The notes under the pieces are model-generated. The model was not told the origin of the DNA, did not search any database, and saw nothing but the letters and a program-made list of their open reading frames with translations. A program made the translations under genes and the position numbers. DNA of 64,000 nt from Octopus vulgaris. Taxonomy: Eukaryota. How positions within the stretch are numbered: the stretch's first letter is position 1; each line of letters opens with the position of its first letter. The stretch spans positions 79,050,001 through 79,114,000 of the forward strand of contig OX597815.1 in assembly GCA_951406725.2 (NCBI GenBank), in the 5' to 3' direction. This document shows positions 36,730-48,989 of this stretch, piece by piece.

Positions 36730-39030
36730 TAAATAGGTCTAACTTACACAGAGTACAAGTGACAGAGAAATTTAAAGGGGTGAAAGAAAGGTATTATAAG
36801 TCCAACAGCTGTTTCTGAGGGGCTTAGCAATCCATAATAATATTGGTAGGTTTAGTCCATCACAAAATGCAGCTGTATGTTAAAACATTGGATGAGACAA
36901 GCTTCCATCATCAGGGTATAGAAGATCTTACATTTCAGATCTTAATGCAGAGAAGTTTAAACATGGAATGATTAAATGTGATGAGCTAAGTGTATTAGAG
37001 GGGAGACTGGGAGTATTAAGACAGGGAATGGTGAGAGGAGAAAAGATAGTTCAAGAAGAGTGAGAGGTTAATAATGAGGCTAGTAAGGGTGTAGTAGTAG
37101 AGATAGGAGTAGGAAGGTGAATAGGAGGATGAGGTAGATAGTATATGAATGGTAGTATATTGTGTTGAGTTTATTAAAGTGTAGGGGTGAAAGCTATATG
37201 TTGAGACAGTGAGAAAAGGAATGGCAATTATTTGAGGGAAGTAAGGTCTTAGTGACAGAGGGATATTGCTAAGGTATGACAGAAGATAAAGGTGGTGGAC
37301 AGAGTGGGAGCAGTGGTTGGTGGGATAATGAATGTGGGTTGGAGTACATTGGTATGCAGAGGTGCATGAAACTGAATAAAAGGAACTGAACAGAGAGGGG
37401 GAGGGGTTGACAAGTTAATATCCAAATGAGCGGGGTAGTACTAAGTGCTTTTGGTTGAGGAGGGAAAATGAGAGGAGACCACTTGTGAAGAAGGTGGGAT
37501 GTAGTGGGTTAGAAGAATTTGCAATAAGAAAGGATTGTTTAATAAGGAGAGTAGTATTAGTTGAGAGGTAGTAAGTTGCTAGGCTGACCTTGTACCTCAA
37601 GGTTAATTTTGAGTAAGGATACTTATAGTTATGTGATTACATAGATTTAATAAAATGTGAAAATGGTGAGTAGAACCTGTGTTTACAAGACAGTATTACT
37701 TCTGGGAATATATAAAGTAATGAGGAGTTGTGGTGGTGAAGGATGGTTAGTGATTCTCTTAAATATAATTTACACATACTGATGGTTGCATTGTATGGAG
37801 AAGCCTCACTTATGATGGCCCAGGATAGGATACAGGGAATATTATGAGATTTAAGGTTGTGTATGTAAGTTGTTAAGGAGGTAAATAATTTAGAATCTGG
37901 ATTGGAGAAAGAGTTCATGTGTGCATGATATCAACACTTGAAATCAACAGTGCCGCCAATATAGACCCTTGCTTGGTAGGAGTGTGGTGTTATAATATGG
38001 CACTTGTAGACTACATTTTTATGCAGACAGAAACCTTCAAGAGGGCATAGTTGAGAAACCCAATTGCAAGTTTTCCTACCTGCTCTGCAGTTGGAGTTTA
38101 CCACAGGGGAGGTGGTCCATTATTAGTGAGGGAGAACCTGAAGTACAATCTGCATCAATATTGGATTGGGAAGGGGTCTCACTGCTAGTATATGTGATCA
38201 CATGGGTAGAATTCTGGGAAGATGCCTTGAGTCTGGTATCTTTATGGTTACTGAGGTCGTCTTGTTGCCGCTAGGTGGGTTAATTTAAGGTGAGAAATTG
38301 TGGGGTCCAAGGACCGGCGTTGTAGTTTGCATTTGTTACAGGAGGCAATTATGGATCCCAAATTAGGTGTGGTATAGTAGGAGATTTTAACTGATGATAT
38401 ATTAAAGTTAGGGTAGTATTGATGCTATGATGGGCAGTAGAGTTTCGGAATTTAAAGAAAAGTTTAGGTAGAGATTTAACTTGGACAGGGAAGGGTGGTG
38501 CAAACTTCCTGACCTTAGAATGTTTAGAGTGTATGGTTATAGTGAGAAGATCTAGACAGGAAGGCTTATAGTTATTATAGGTTCCAAGTGGCCAATGGAG
38601 CTGTGGAGTGTGATGTGGAGGAAGTTTCTTTGAGAGATGGTGGATTGATGTTGAGTAGAAGAAAGGTGTGTGGCTCAGGGTTAGTAACAGGAAAGAGATA
38701 TGCAATCTTAGTTTTAAGCTTGGAATTGGGGATATAGGAGATCTTTTCATGGAAGCCACTTATTTGGAGAGCTGATTACAATACAGGGCATGACTGCTAA
38801 AAATTTCTTCACTTGCAGATAAGAGGGAGATTCTGATAGAAATGTCTGTGATTATATATTTAGGGTAAGTTTTGGGTGATTTGATAGGACATTGATATGT
38901 TTTCTTTCTCTTGTCACATATTATTACCAATGTAGATTGATATATTTTCTTTCTCTTGTCACATATTATTACCAATGTAGATTGATATATTTTCTTTCTC
39001 TTGTCACATATTATAACCAATGTAGATATG
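36730..39030 (-). mobile_element. Penelope-like element remnant (RT thumb, linker and GIY-YIG)
   Basis: HINVLSNHPK, ISIRISLLSASEEIF, FAPPFPVQVK, CPLEGFCLHKNVVYKC..RVYIGGTVDFK..HMNSF, LSWAIISEASPYN..CKLYLRESLTIL; many stops. Confidence 0.85.
38892..39026. repeat. 45-bp tandem repeat, 3 copies
   Basis: Unit ttgatatattttctttctcttgtcacatattattaccaatgtaga at 38892, 38937 and 38982. Confidence 0.95.
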
Positions 39031-39456
39031 ACACAATTTTACTTTGTATCAAATCTTTTTAAAACATTCAGTTTAATATCCAGTGTAATCCCTTTACAGT
39101 TCCTTTTCACATTACATGCTGATATATATTGCAGCCAGTAGGATTCAAAAGTTGGTGGGTTGCATTGGTTTAGATGTTTTTGATGGTGGGTGGGTATTTT
39201 TGGTGTTTAGCGGTCATATTATTCTTGCTAATTGTATTGTTGTGGCTGTTTAGTCTTTAGTCAATTCTTATAGACCTAAGATCAAAGACATTTCAATTTA
39301 TTTTTAAAATACACTAGGATAACACATTATATGTTTTTATTTGTTTTATTTGAAATGGATTTGCTTATCTACTTCATATTATAGATTGTTGTTGTTGTTG
39401 GTTGTCTTGGAGTTGACAGAAGCACACATTTACATTCATACATACATATGCACACA

Positions 39457-39498
<42 letters not shown>

Positions 39499-39601
39499 AA
39501 ATGAGGGTAAGAAATTGGCTATTAATTTAATTAAATTAACATCAATTTAACACCTGTGGTCTAGCATATAAAATCTGATGGTTCAGTAAACTGTATTATA
39601 T

Positions 39602-39848
39602 ACAAATGAGAGGGGTGACCACTATGTGGACAACCCTTATGCTAGGAGTAGATCCGCTATGGTCTTACCACCAAGAAAAATTTAGCAAACACCAGAACGT
39701 AAGTGAGCAAGACTTGCTTTTCATTTGTCTTGCTCGCTTACATTCTGGCGTTTGCTAAATTTTTCTTGAGAACATTTTTTAGTGGTAAGACCATAGCGTA
39801 TCTGCTTCTAGCATAAGGTTTGTCCACATAGTGGTTATCCCTCTCATT

Positions 39849-39851
<3 letters not shown>
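39602..39851. repeat. 250-bp imperfect palindrome
   Basis: ~110-bp arms, 13-nt loop (39714-39726), one ~13-nt bulge. Confidence 0.95.
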
Positions 39852-39879
<28 letters not shown>

Positions 39880-40034
39880 ATTAATCAGTTAAGGAGAACA
39901 GAGATTTATATATCCAGGTTTTAGTGCAGTTATTTACATCTTTTCATTTTGTACCTACATATGTTGCTGCAGCAAGTCAGTGCACACTGCAAATTTTGCA
40001 TTCAGGGCACAATTATATATATATATATATATAT

Positions 40035-41255
40035 GATGATTGCCAACTCGATTTCGAGTAGAGCCATTGCCTGATTTCTTTATGCCCTAGAATATCATCG
40101 ATGAGCTGCACAAATATGGATTTTGAGGCATGCCAAAGATCTGCATGCTTTTTGACAATTAGTGCAAGAAAACTTGGTGATTGTATAATTTACAGCTCCA
40201 TGAACTTTACTATGCCTTTTCAAGCCACTGTTTGATCTGCATACTTTATGAAAGAGTATGCATTCGAAATCATCTGTCCATCTATAATCAATGTGCAGTT
40301 GTGCGATGTGTGATTTCATATGGCTCTTTAGCCCAGCCTTACTAAGACAAATCTTTCCACATTCATCACATATAAGATCATCACATTCATTAGTGCTTGT
40401 TAGAACATCATTCCTGTCACTTTTTCTTATCTTTCTTTTGATCTTTGCATACTCCATTCTCTTCCTTTCAAATTCATTTTTGCCTTCATACACCACTTTT
40501 TTCCACTTTTCGTGGCAATGCACTAAATCTTCCGAGTTACCAATTGGAACATTTATCTTAATCAATCCTGACTTCAGACAATCTTTGCACTTCATCTTTG
40601 GTTTGTAGGACAAACACTTACTTGTCACCAGTCTTCTGTAAAAATGTTGTTTAGGCATTCAGTTGTTTGTCATTCTGACTAAGTGTCCACTCCATCTCAA
40701 TCTGTACAGCAATAGCAAAACTTCAATACTGAAGCATTTCCTTCTTTCAAGCACCTCATCATCACTCACAAACATTTTCCAGCTGATCCTCAAAATCCTT
40801 CTGAGACATTGTTGAGGAAAATGTTCCATAAGTTTTCAGTGCTTAAGATACTCAGTCCAGGTTTCGCAAGCATACAAGAAAGAGGCTAAGATACATGTAT
40901 TGTATACTTTAATCTTTGTCACAGTGGAAATACTATGTGTAGACAATATGCACTCTTCCAGTTTGCAAAAAACAAAACTGGTTTTCTGAATGTGTATTGA
41001 CACTTCATCATCAAGATTTGCTGATGTGTTTAGTGTGCTCCCTAAGTAAAGAAATTTAGAAATCACTGCAAGTTTTTCTTCCACACACAAAGATACCAAG
41101 TTCTATGTATGGCATTCCTGGTGCTGGCTGAAACATGACAACAGTTTTGGTTAGATTTATGGTTAAGCCAAGTGCCTCACAAGCCATTGAAATTGCATTC
41201 ATAGGATTTTGCATGTCCTCCTCAGTATGAGTGGCAATATCACAATCAGCTGCGT
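40035..41255 (-). mobile_element. 5'-truncated RTE-clade LINE with C-terminal C2H2-like fingers
   Basis: YAADCDI (YADD-like), GLTINLTKTVVMFQPAPG, FLYLGSTL..LDDEV, TKIKVY..LYACETW, then ORF 40658-40095 with CDECGK..H..H, CILFHK..H..H and CTNCQK..H...H; (TA)n tail. Confidence 0.9.
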
Positions 41256-41318
41256 AGATGATTGTGATATTGTCACTCATACTGAGGAAGACATGTAAAA
41301 TCTTATGAATATATGTGT

Positions 41319-41361
<43 letters not shown>

Positions 41362-41362
<1 letters not shown>

Positions 41363-41586
41363 AGTGATCCCTCGACTATCACAGGTGTTACATTCCAAAA
41401 CACCCTGCGATAGGTGAAAAATCTGAAAAGTAGGAACAGTATGGTACTGTACGTTTTTTTTTTATTATTTTTATAATTTGTATATATTTATTTTATTATA
41501 AATGCAAAACAATACTATGGAGGAATTGACGTAAGCTTGAATAATAATCCGCGATAGATGAACTGCGATATGGCAAGGGATTACTG
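41362..41586. mobile_element. Tigger-like MITE with TA TSD
   Basis: TA|CAGTGATCCCTCG...CAAGGGATTACTG|TA; partial second copy at 43594-43710. Confidence 0.8.
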
Positions 41587-41919
41587 TATATATCTTAACG
41601 TTATGTACATTATATATACATGTGTGTAACATGTGGATAGTTTTTCAAATTATTAACTATATACTTTGACCTTAACAAAATTGCAAGTGACTGCTGGGCA
41701 AAGAACAAAGTGTAGTTCTAAGTTTTTAACAATATAAAACTATGCAATATGAGTTTCTGTGAGAGCGAAATTATAGACCATGTCCTAAAATTAATGATCA
41801 TACTTTACAATTTCAATAAACATGAAATCACATAACCTGAGGTAGCTGTAAAGTGGAGGATGCTTGTATATGTTTGTTTGTGTGTGTGTGTTTGTGTTTG
41901 TGTGTGTGTGTGTGCGTGT

Positions 41920-41949
<30 letters not shown>

Positions 41950-41957
<8 letters not shown>

Positions 41958-43109
41958 CTGTCTGTCTGTGTCTTTGTGTTTGTCTTTGTCCCTCACCTCA
42001 TTTGACAACTGGTGTTGGTTTGTTTAGGCTTCCAGAACTTAGCAGTTTGGCAAAAGAGACTAATAGAATAAGTACTAATCTTAAGAAATAAGTACTATGG
42101 TGGATTTGTTCACTTTAATCCTATAAGGTGGTCTCCAAGCATGGCTATAGTCCAATGACTAAATCAGGTAAAAAAAGGAAAAAAAATAGGCGCAGGCGTG
42201 GCTGTGTGGTAAGAAGCTTGCTTCGCAACCACATGGTTTCAGGTTCAGTCCCACTGCATGGCACTTTGGACAAGTGCCTTCTGCTATAGCCTCAGGCTGG
42301 CCAAAGCCTTGTGAGTGGATTTGGTAGTGGAAACAGAAAGAAGTATATATATGTATATATTTATATATGTGTCTTTGTATCTGTGTTTATCTCCCCACCA
42401 TTGCTTAACAACCACTGTTGCTGTGTTTACATCCCCATAACACAGTGGTTTGGCAAAACAGACCAATAGAATGAGTACCATGCTTACAAGGAAACTTAGA
42501 AAACACTACAAGTTTTGGTCCACACACAGATACTAAGTTCTATGTGTAGCATTCCTGGTACTGGCTGAAACTTGACAACAGTTTTGGTTAGATTTATTAT
42601 TAAGCCAAGTGCCATTGAAATTGCATTCATAGGATTTTGCATGTCCTCCTCAGTATGAGTGGCAATATCACAATCAGCTACATATATATATATATATATA
42701 TATATATGCAGGAGTTTGTGTGTGGTAAGTAGCTTGCTAACCAACCACATGGTTCCGGGTTCAGTCCCACTGCATAGCATCTTGGGTAAGTGTCTTCTGC
42801 CATAGCCCCGGGCCGACCAATGCCTTGTGAGTGGATTTGGTAGACGGAAACTGAAAGAAGCCTGTCATATATATGTATATATATATATATGTGTGTGTGT
42901 TTGTGTGTCTGTGTTTGTCCCCCTAGCATTGCTTGACAACCGATGCTGGTGTGTTTACGTCCCCCGTCACTTAGCGGTTCGGCAAAAGAGACCGATAGAA
43001 TAAGTACTGGGCTTACAAAGAATAAGTCCCGGGGTTGATTTGCTCGACTGAAGGCAGTGCTCCCGCATGGCCACAGTCAAATGACTGAAACAAGTAAAAG
43101 AGTAAAGAG

Positions 43110-43158
<49 letters not shown>

Positions 43159-43580
43159 TAGATAGATAGATATATAGATGTATATATATGGCTGTGTGGT
43201 AAGTAGCTTGCTTACCAACCACATGGTTCTGGGTTCAGTCCCACTGCATGGCACCTTGGGCAAGTGTTTTCTACTATAGTCTCGGGCCGACCAAAGCCTT
43301 GTGAGTGGATTTGGTAGACGGAAACTGAAAGAAACCTGTTGTATATATGTGCGTGTGTGTGTGTGTGTATGTTTGTGTGTCTGTGTTTGTCCCCCAACAT
43401 CGCTTGACAAATGATGCTGGTGTGTTTACGTCCCCGTAACTTAGTGGTTCAGCAAAAGAGACCGATAGAATAAGTGCTAGGCTTACAAAGAATAAGTCCT
43501 GGGGTCGATTTGCTTGACTGAAGGCGGTGCTCCAGCATGGCCACAGACAAATGACTGAAACAAGTAAAAGAATAAAGAGT
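41950..43580 (+). mobile_element. cluster of four same-orientation SINE family A copies with a duplicated RTE fragment
   Basis: Heads at ~42189, 42707 and 43189, a 3' half at ~41950-42180; RTE duplicate at 42495-42680. Confidence 0.88.
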
Positions 43581-43965
43581 ATATATATACGTATAGTAAT
43601 CCCTCGACTATCACAGGTGTTACATTCTAAAACCCTGCGATAGGTGAAAATCTGCAAAGTAGAAACAGTACAGTACTGTATATTTTTTTAAAATTATTTT
43701 TGTAATTTGTCGATTTCTTCCATGAAAAGGCAATGCTCCAGCATGGCTGCAGTCAAACAACTGAAACAAATAAAAGAATATAACTATAAATAATTGCTTC
43801 GGTCTTAGCTTGTAACTTATGACAGTTCCCAAAACTAAATTTTGAGATATTTGTTGGTAGGGGCAGTTAACTTATTTTTATGCTTTACCTGAGGAATACT
43901 GTTTTGAGCTACTCTCAAGGATATTTTCTTAAAACTAAACTAATTTACATTATTTATATATTTAC

Positions 43966-44110
43966 AGGTGATGAACTGGCAGAAGTGTTAGCATGTCTGA
44001 CAAAAGGTTTACTGGCATTTCTTTCAGCATTTTGTGTTCTGAGTCCAAATCCTGATGAGGTCATCTTTGCCTTTCATCCTTTCAGGGTCGATAAAATAAA
44101 GTACCAGTAA
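43966..44110 (+). mobile_element. degenerate SINE family B
   Basis: CTTTGCCTTTCATCCTTTCAGGGTCGATAAAATAAAGTACCAG. Confidence 0.75.
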
Positions 44111-44300
44111 AATAACAGAACTGCAGTGGTCACCTAGCTCCTTGCCCCAAATTTCAGACCATGTGGCTGAAAGAGTGATTTATATATTTATAATTCATAT
44201 ATTTCTGTTTGGTTTTTATAAATATCATCGATAATAAGTCAAACAAGATTTAAAAAAAACAATGAATTTTTGTTTGCAAGATAATAATCTCTTTATTCAT

Positions 44301-44329
44301 AGGAAGCAAGGAAGCAAGGAAGGAAGGAA

Positions 44330-44423
<94 letters not shown>
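44301..44423. repeat. (GGAA)n/(GAAA)n microsatellite
   Basis: Read directly. Confidence 0.97.
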
Positions 44424-45841
44424 ATTTATCTAAGAGAAGTATCTAAGAAAATTCTGTAAATCACTGAGTATGAATGTTTAACAAACTAATATTCATGACT
44501 GAAATTATTGATCTGCATTGTCCACTTCTCTATTTCAGTTGTTATTTAATCAAATGTATGTAAGTTCATAGTCCAGATTGACAGAAAGAAAAATATGTAT
44601 AAAAAAAATCAAACAGTTTTAATGCCAGATAATCTAGGTGATATCAGTTCAAATTGATAGCTTGTCTATCTTTCAGCATTTACAATAGCTGACAATGACC
44701 TAACTAGTTTGCTCCACTTAACCTCATAACTAATACACAAAACGGTCACAAATAAACAAGCAATCGAAATTGTGAGTGGCCAGCAGCAGAGCTCTTGCAA
44801 TTACAGTTGCTATGACAACACATCATATTTTCTCTTAGCTGCACTCAACAGGTGTAGTTTAGTTGTCCTATCCTGTAGATGCAGCAAGAAAAGTTTCTAT
44901 GAAGTTTCTATGGCTGTACATTCTAAACATCAAATCAAAGACATTTGTGTGATGTTTTGCAGTTCTGCGTCTAAAAGCCTTATATTATCAACTGTTTGTT
45001 TATGCAGAGTCAATATAATATATACTAGTCTCTTGTTGTCCAAGAAAGGTAGCTCTGTAATTTCTTGCTGAACAACTTGCACAAATGACTTGTTTATTGC
45101 GATCAGATGTTTGTGTTCTACATTAGCTCGCTCTCTCTATCAAATCAACATTGCCTGAACAGGTGCACAGTGTACCACATGCCAGGTATCAAAATGGTTG
45201 CAGAGCAATGTGAGATGAATTGTTTTGCTGGATGCACAGCCAGTCCAGGATTTAAAACCACAGTCTTGCAATTGCAAATGTAGTAACACCTATGTCCTCT
45301 AACACTAGTGATATACTGAATTAATATAAGCCAATATTTCTTTTAAGGGGGAAATAAGGATTGAAAATAAGGAAGAGAATTTACAAATAGACAATAACAC
45401 AGACACACATAGAAACACACACATGCATGCACACACACACACACACACACACAGATGTATATATATGCACATACACACAAACAAAGGCATTTCACTTTCT
45501 TTGATCAGGATGCTATACAGGTGGTATTTTAAATTTATTTGTGTTTCACATGCTGAATTTCCTTACACAGCAAACTTTCACAACACCAATGAATGCAAAT
45601 GTTTTATTTACTGTTTGCTATGTACTGAAGCACAAATTACATCTAAGCAGGTGATAATACTGGAGTCACTGCAGCAACAATGTTATGATATATATATATA
45701 TAGATATATGTGATATTTTGGACCAATGGGTATATGTCGATTAGTGCACTGAAGGGATAGTAGCAGGATGGGTCAAAACACTTGTTGTACAAAATAAAGA
45801 TGAATACCAAATCCATCTTCTGGCTACTTAATCAATTATCA

Positions 45842-45912
<71 letters not shown>

Positions 45913-46050
45913 GTTTTTAACATAACAAGTCTAAAAGGGATTTTCTCTCAGACAGTTTCACAGCTTCATGTCTTCTAATGGTGTATATACATTTTATATG
46001 ATACACAGTTGGTGATTTTACTTTAATGCTGTTTCAGTTGTGTACACTGA

Positions 46051-46056
<6 letters not shown>

Positions 46057-46123
<67 letters not shown>
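46057..46123. repeat. (AAT)n microsatellite
   Basis: Read directly. Confidence 0.97.
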
Positions 46124-46124
<1 letters not shown>

Positions 46125-46440
46125 GTAACAACAAAAGAATGAGACCTCGATATTAGATAAATAGAGGGCGATTAATAGCTGACAAGAATGCATCATAGCT
46201 CTTCGCTCCGATATTTGAAACTCTGAGTAATATAATGACAAATTGGTGTTTGTTTTAAATTATAACACACACACACACACACACACATACAAACACACAC
46301 ACACACACATATATTATCTGAAGTGTACAGTATTATATATCTATCATAGCTTATCTGTACACTTCACATAGTATACCCACTCTATTGACAGATATACGAG
46401 TGCGTCTTTTTCCTGACTTACGGACTTTTAGACGACTATG

Positions 46441-46473
<33 letters not shown>

Positions 46474-46525
46474 TAACATACATATATATATATATAAATA
46501 TATATAATCACTGAGTGGTTATATA

Positions 46526-46561
<36 letters not shown>

Positions 46562-46573
46562 CATATATATAAT

Positions 46574-46735
46574 CACGGAGTGATTGGTGCTAGGAAGGGC
46601 ATCCAGCTGTAGAAACACTGCCAGATCAGACTGGGCCTGGTGCAACCTCCTGGCTTCCCAGACCCCAGTTGAACTGTCCAACCCATGCTAGCATGGAAGG
46701 TGGACGTTAAACGCTGATGATGATGATGATAATGA
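46574..46735 (+). mobile_element. RTE 3' UTR-type terminal fragment with (GAT)n
   Basis: Same terminal module as 48410-48582. Confidence 0.8.
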
Positions 46736-46778
46736 TATATATATATACATGGCACATAAAAAGTAGTCAGTACCGCTT

Positions 46779-48582
46779 GTGGTACCAGTGCCGGTGGCAC
46801 ACAAGAATCCATCCGAACATGGCCGTAGTCAGTACCGCATCACTGGCCATCGTGCTGTGGGCACATAACAAACACCATCCGGTCGTGGCCGTTCGCCAGC
46901 CTCATCTAGCACCTGTGTCGGTGGCACATAAAAACACCATCCGAAGACCCGGCAAGACTAGTCAGGCCATAAACCATGGCCCCTACCTGGGACGTAGTCA
47001 GTCCACCTGTGCATACCTTCCTCCTTGTGATACTTGTGAAGGCCTGTTGAGGCAAGTGAAAATCAAAATCAAAATCAAATCAAAACAAATCAAAATAGAT
47101 GAACATCAATGGAATTTGTATCTTTGTGGTACCAGTGCCGGTGGCACACAAGAGAAAACCATCCGAAAGTGGCCGTAGCCAGTACCGCATCGACTGGCCT
47201 CCGTGCTGTGGGCACATGACAAACACCATCCGATCATGGCCGTTCGCCAGCCTCATCTAGCACCTGTGTCGGTGGCACATAAAAACACCATCCGAAGACC
47301 CGGCAAGACTAGTCAGGCCATAACCCATGGCCCCTACCTGGGACGTAGTCAGTCCACCTGTGCATACCTTCCTTCTTGTGACACTTGTGAAGACCTGTTG
47401 AGGCAAGTGAAAATCAAAATCAAAATCAAAACAAATCAAAATAGATGAACATCAATGGAATCTGTATCTTTGTGGTACCAGTGCCGGTGGCACACACTTT
47501 GTGGTACCAGTGCCGGTGGCACACAAGAGAACCATCCGAACGTGGCCGTAGCCAGTTCCGCATCGACCGGCCTCCGTGCTGTGGGCACGTAACAAACACC
47601 ATCCGATCATGGCCGTTCGCCAGCCTCATCTGGCACCTGTGTCGGTGGCACATAAAAACACCTTCCGAAGACCCGGCAAGACTAGTCAGTCCACCTGTGC
47701 ATACCTTCCTTCTTGTGACACTTGTGAAGACCGGTTGAGGCAAGTGAAAATCAAATCAAATCAAATCAAAATAGACAAAATAGATGAACATCAATGGAAT
47801 TTGTATCTTGTGGTACCAGTGCCTGTGGAACACAAGAAATCCATCAGTGCTGTAGTCAGTGCGGTGGGCACATGACAAACTCCATCCGATCGTGGCCGTT
47901 CGCCAGCCTCATCTAGCACCTGTGTCGGTGGCACATAAAAACACCATCCGAAGACCCGGCAAGACTAGTCAGGCCATAACCCATGGCCCCTACCTGGGAC
48001 GTAGTCAGTCCACCTGTGCATACCTTCCTTCTTGTGACACTTGTGAAGACCTGTTGAGGCAAGTGAAAATCAAAACAAATCAAAATAGATGAACATCAAT
48101 GGAATTTGTATCTTTGTGGTACCAGTGCCGGTGGCACGTGGCACACAAGAAAACCATCTGAACGTGGCCGTAGCCAGTACCGCATCGACTGGCCTCCGTG
48201 CTGTGGGCACGTAACAAGCACCATCCGATCGTGGCCGTTTGCCAGCCTCATCTGGCACCTGTGTCGGTGGCACATAAAAACACCATCCAAGCGTGGCCGT
48301 CTGCCAGCCTCGTCTGGCATCTGTGTCGGTGGCACATAAAAAAACACCATCCGAGCGTGGCCGTTTGCCAGCCTCGTCTGGCACCTGTGTCGGTGGCACA
48401 TAAAATCACCCACTACACTCTCGGAGTGGTTGGCGTTAGGAAGGGCATCCAGCTGTAGAAACACTGCCAGATCTGACTGGACTGGTGCAGCTTTCGGGCT
48501 CCCCAGACCCCAGTTGAACCGTCCAACCCATGCTAGCATGGAAAGCGGACGTTAAATGATGATGATGATGATGATGATGATG
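46779..48582 (+). repeat. tandem array of ~306-347-bp units derived from an RTE 3' region, ending in the terminal module and (GAT)n
   Basis: Units begin GTGGTACCAGTGCC at 46779, 47126, 47472, 47810 and 48116; the four complete units have GAAGACCCGGCAAG and (AAATC)n; ~55-bp subrepeats at 48220-48405. Confidence 0.9.
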
Positions 48583-48815
48583 AAGTAAAGATTATTTGCC
48601 AACATAATGTGGCAGTTCTGATTGGGATGAATGTTACTGTTGTTTTAGCCCCAGGAAACATTGTCTCCAGCTGAGATGTTCAAAAATAAAAGGACTCTAA
48701 GGACACAGATGTGCGTCATATAGCCAGCTGGCGATGATGTTTCCTGGGGCTAAAATAACAGTAACATTCATCCTAACTGGGACTGCCACATTATGTTGGC
48801 AAATAATCTTTACTT
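48583..48815. repeat. 233-bp imperfect palindrome
   Basis: 91-bp arms (48583-48673 / 48725-48815), 51-nt loop. Confidence 0.95.
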
Positions 48816-48989
48816 TAAAGTACTGTTACTGTATGTCTCTTGTTGAAAGATTTAAAAATAATTAAGTTTCTATTTATATATACATATAGAGAGAGAGAAT
48901 ATAAAAGGGATAAGTTATCCTGGTGGATACCGTATTTTCTCGCAAATTAGTATAGATGTCAGCTATAAACCTCCGCTCTTGTCTTTGTT

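Noticed and set aside
46779-48400. CRISPR-like or retrozyme interpretation of the tandem array; minus-strand CAGATGAG..CGAAC
   Set aside because: Units are wholly repeated with no unique spacers and no cas genes; the motif deviates from CUGANGA/GAAA at invariant positions.
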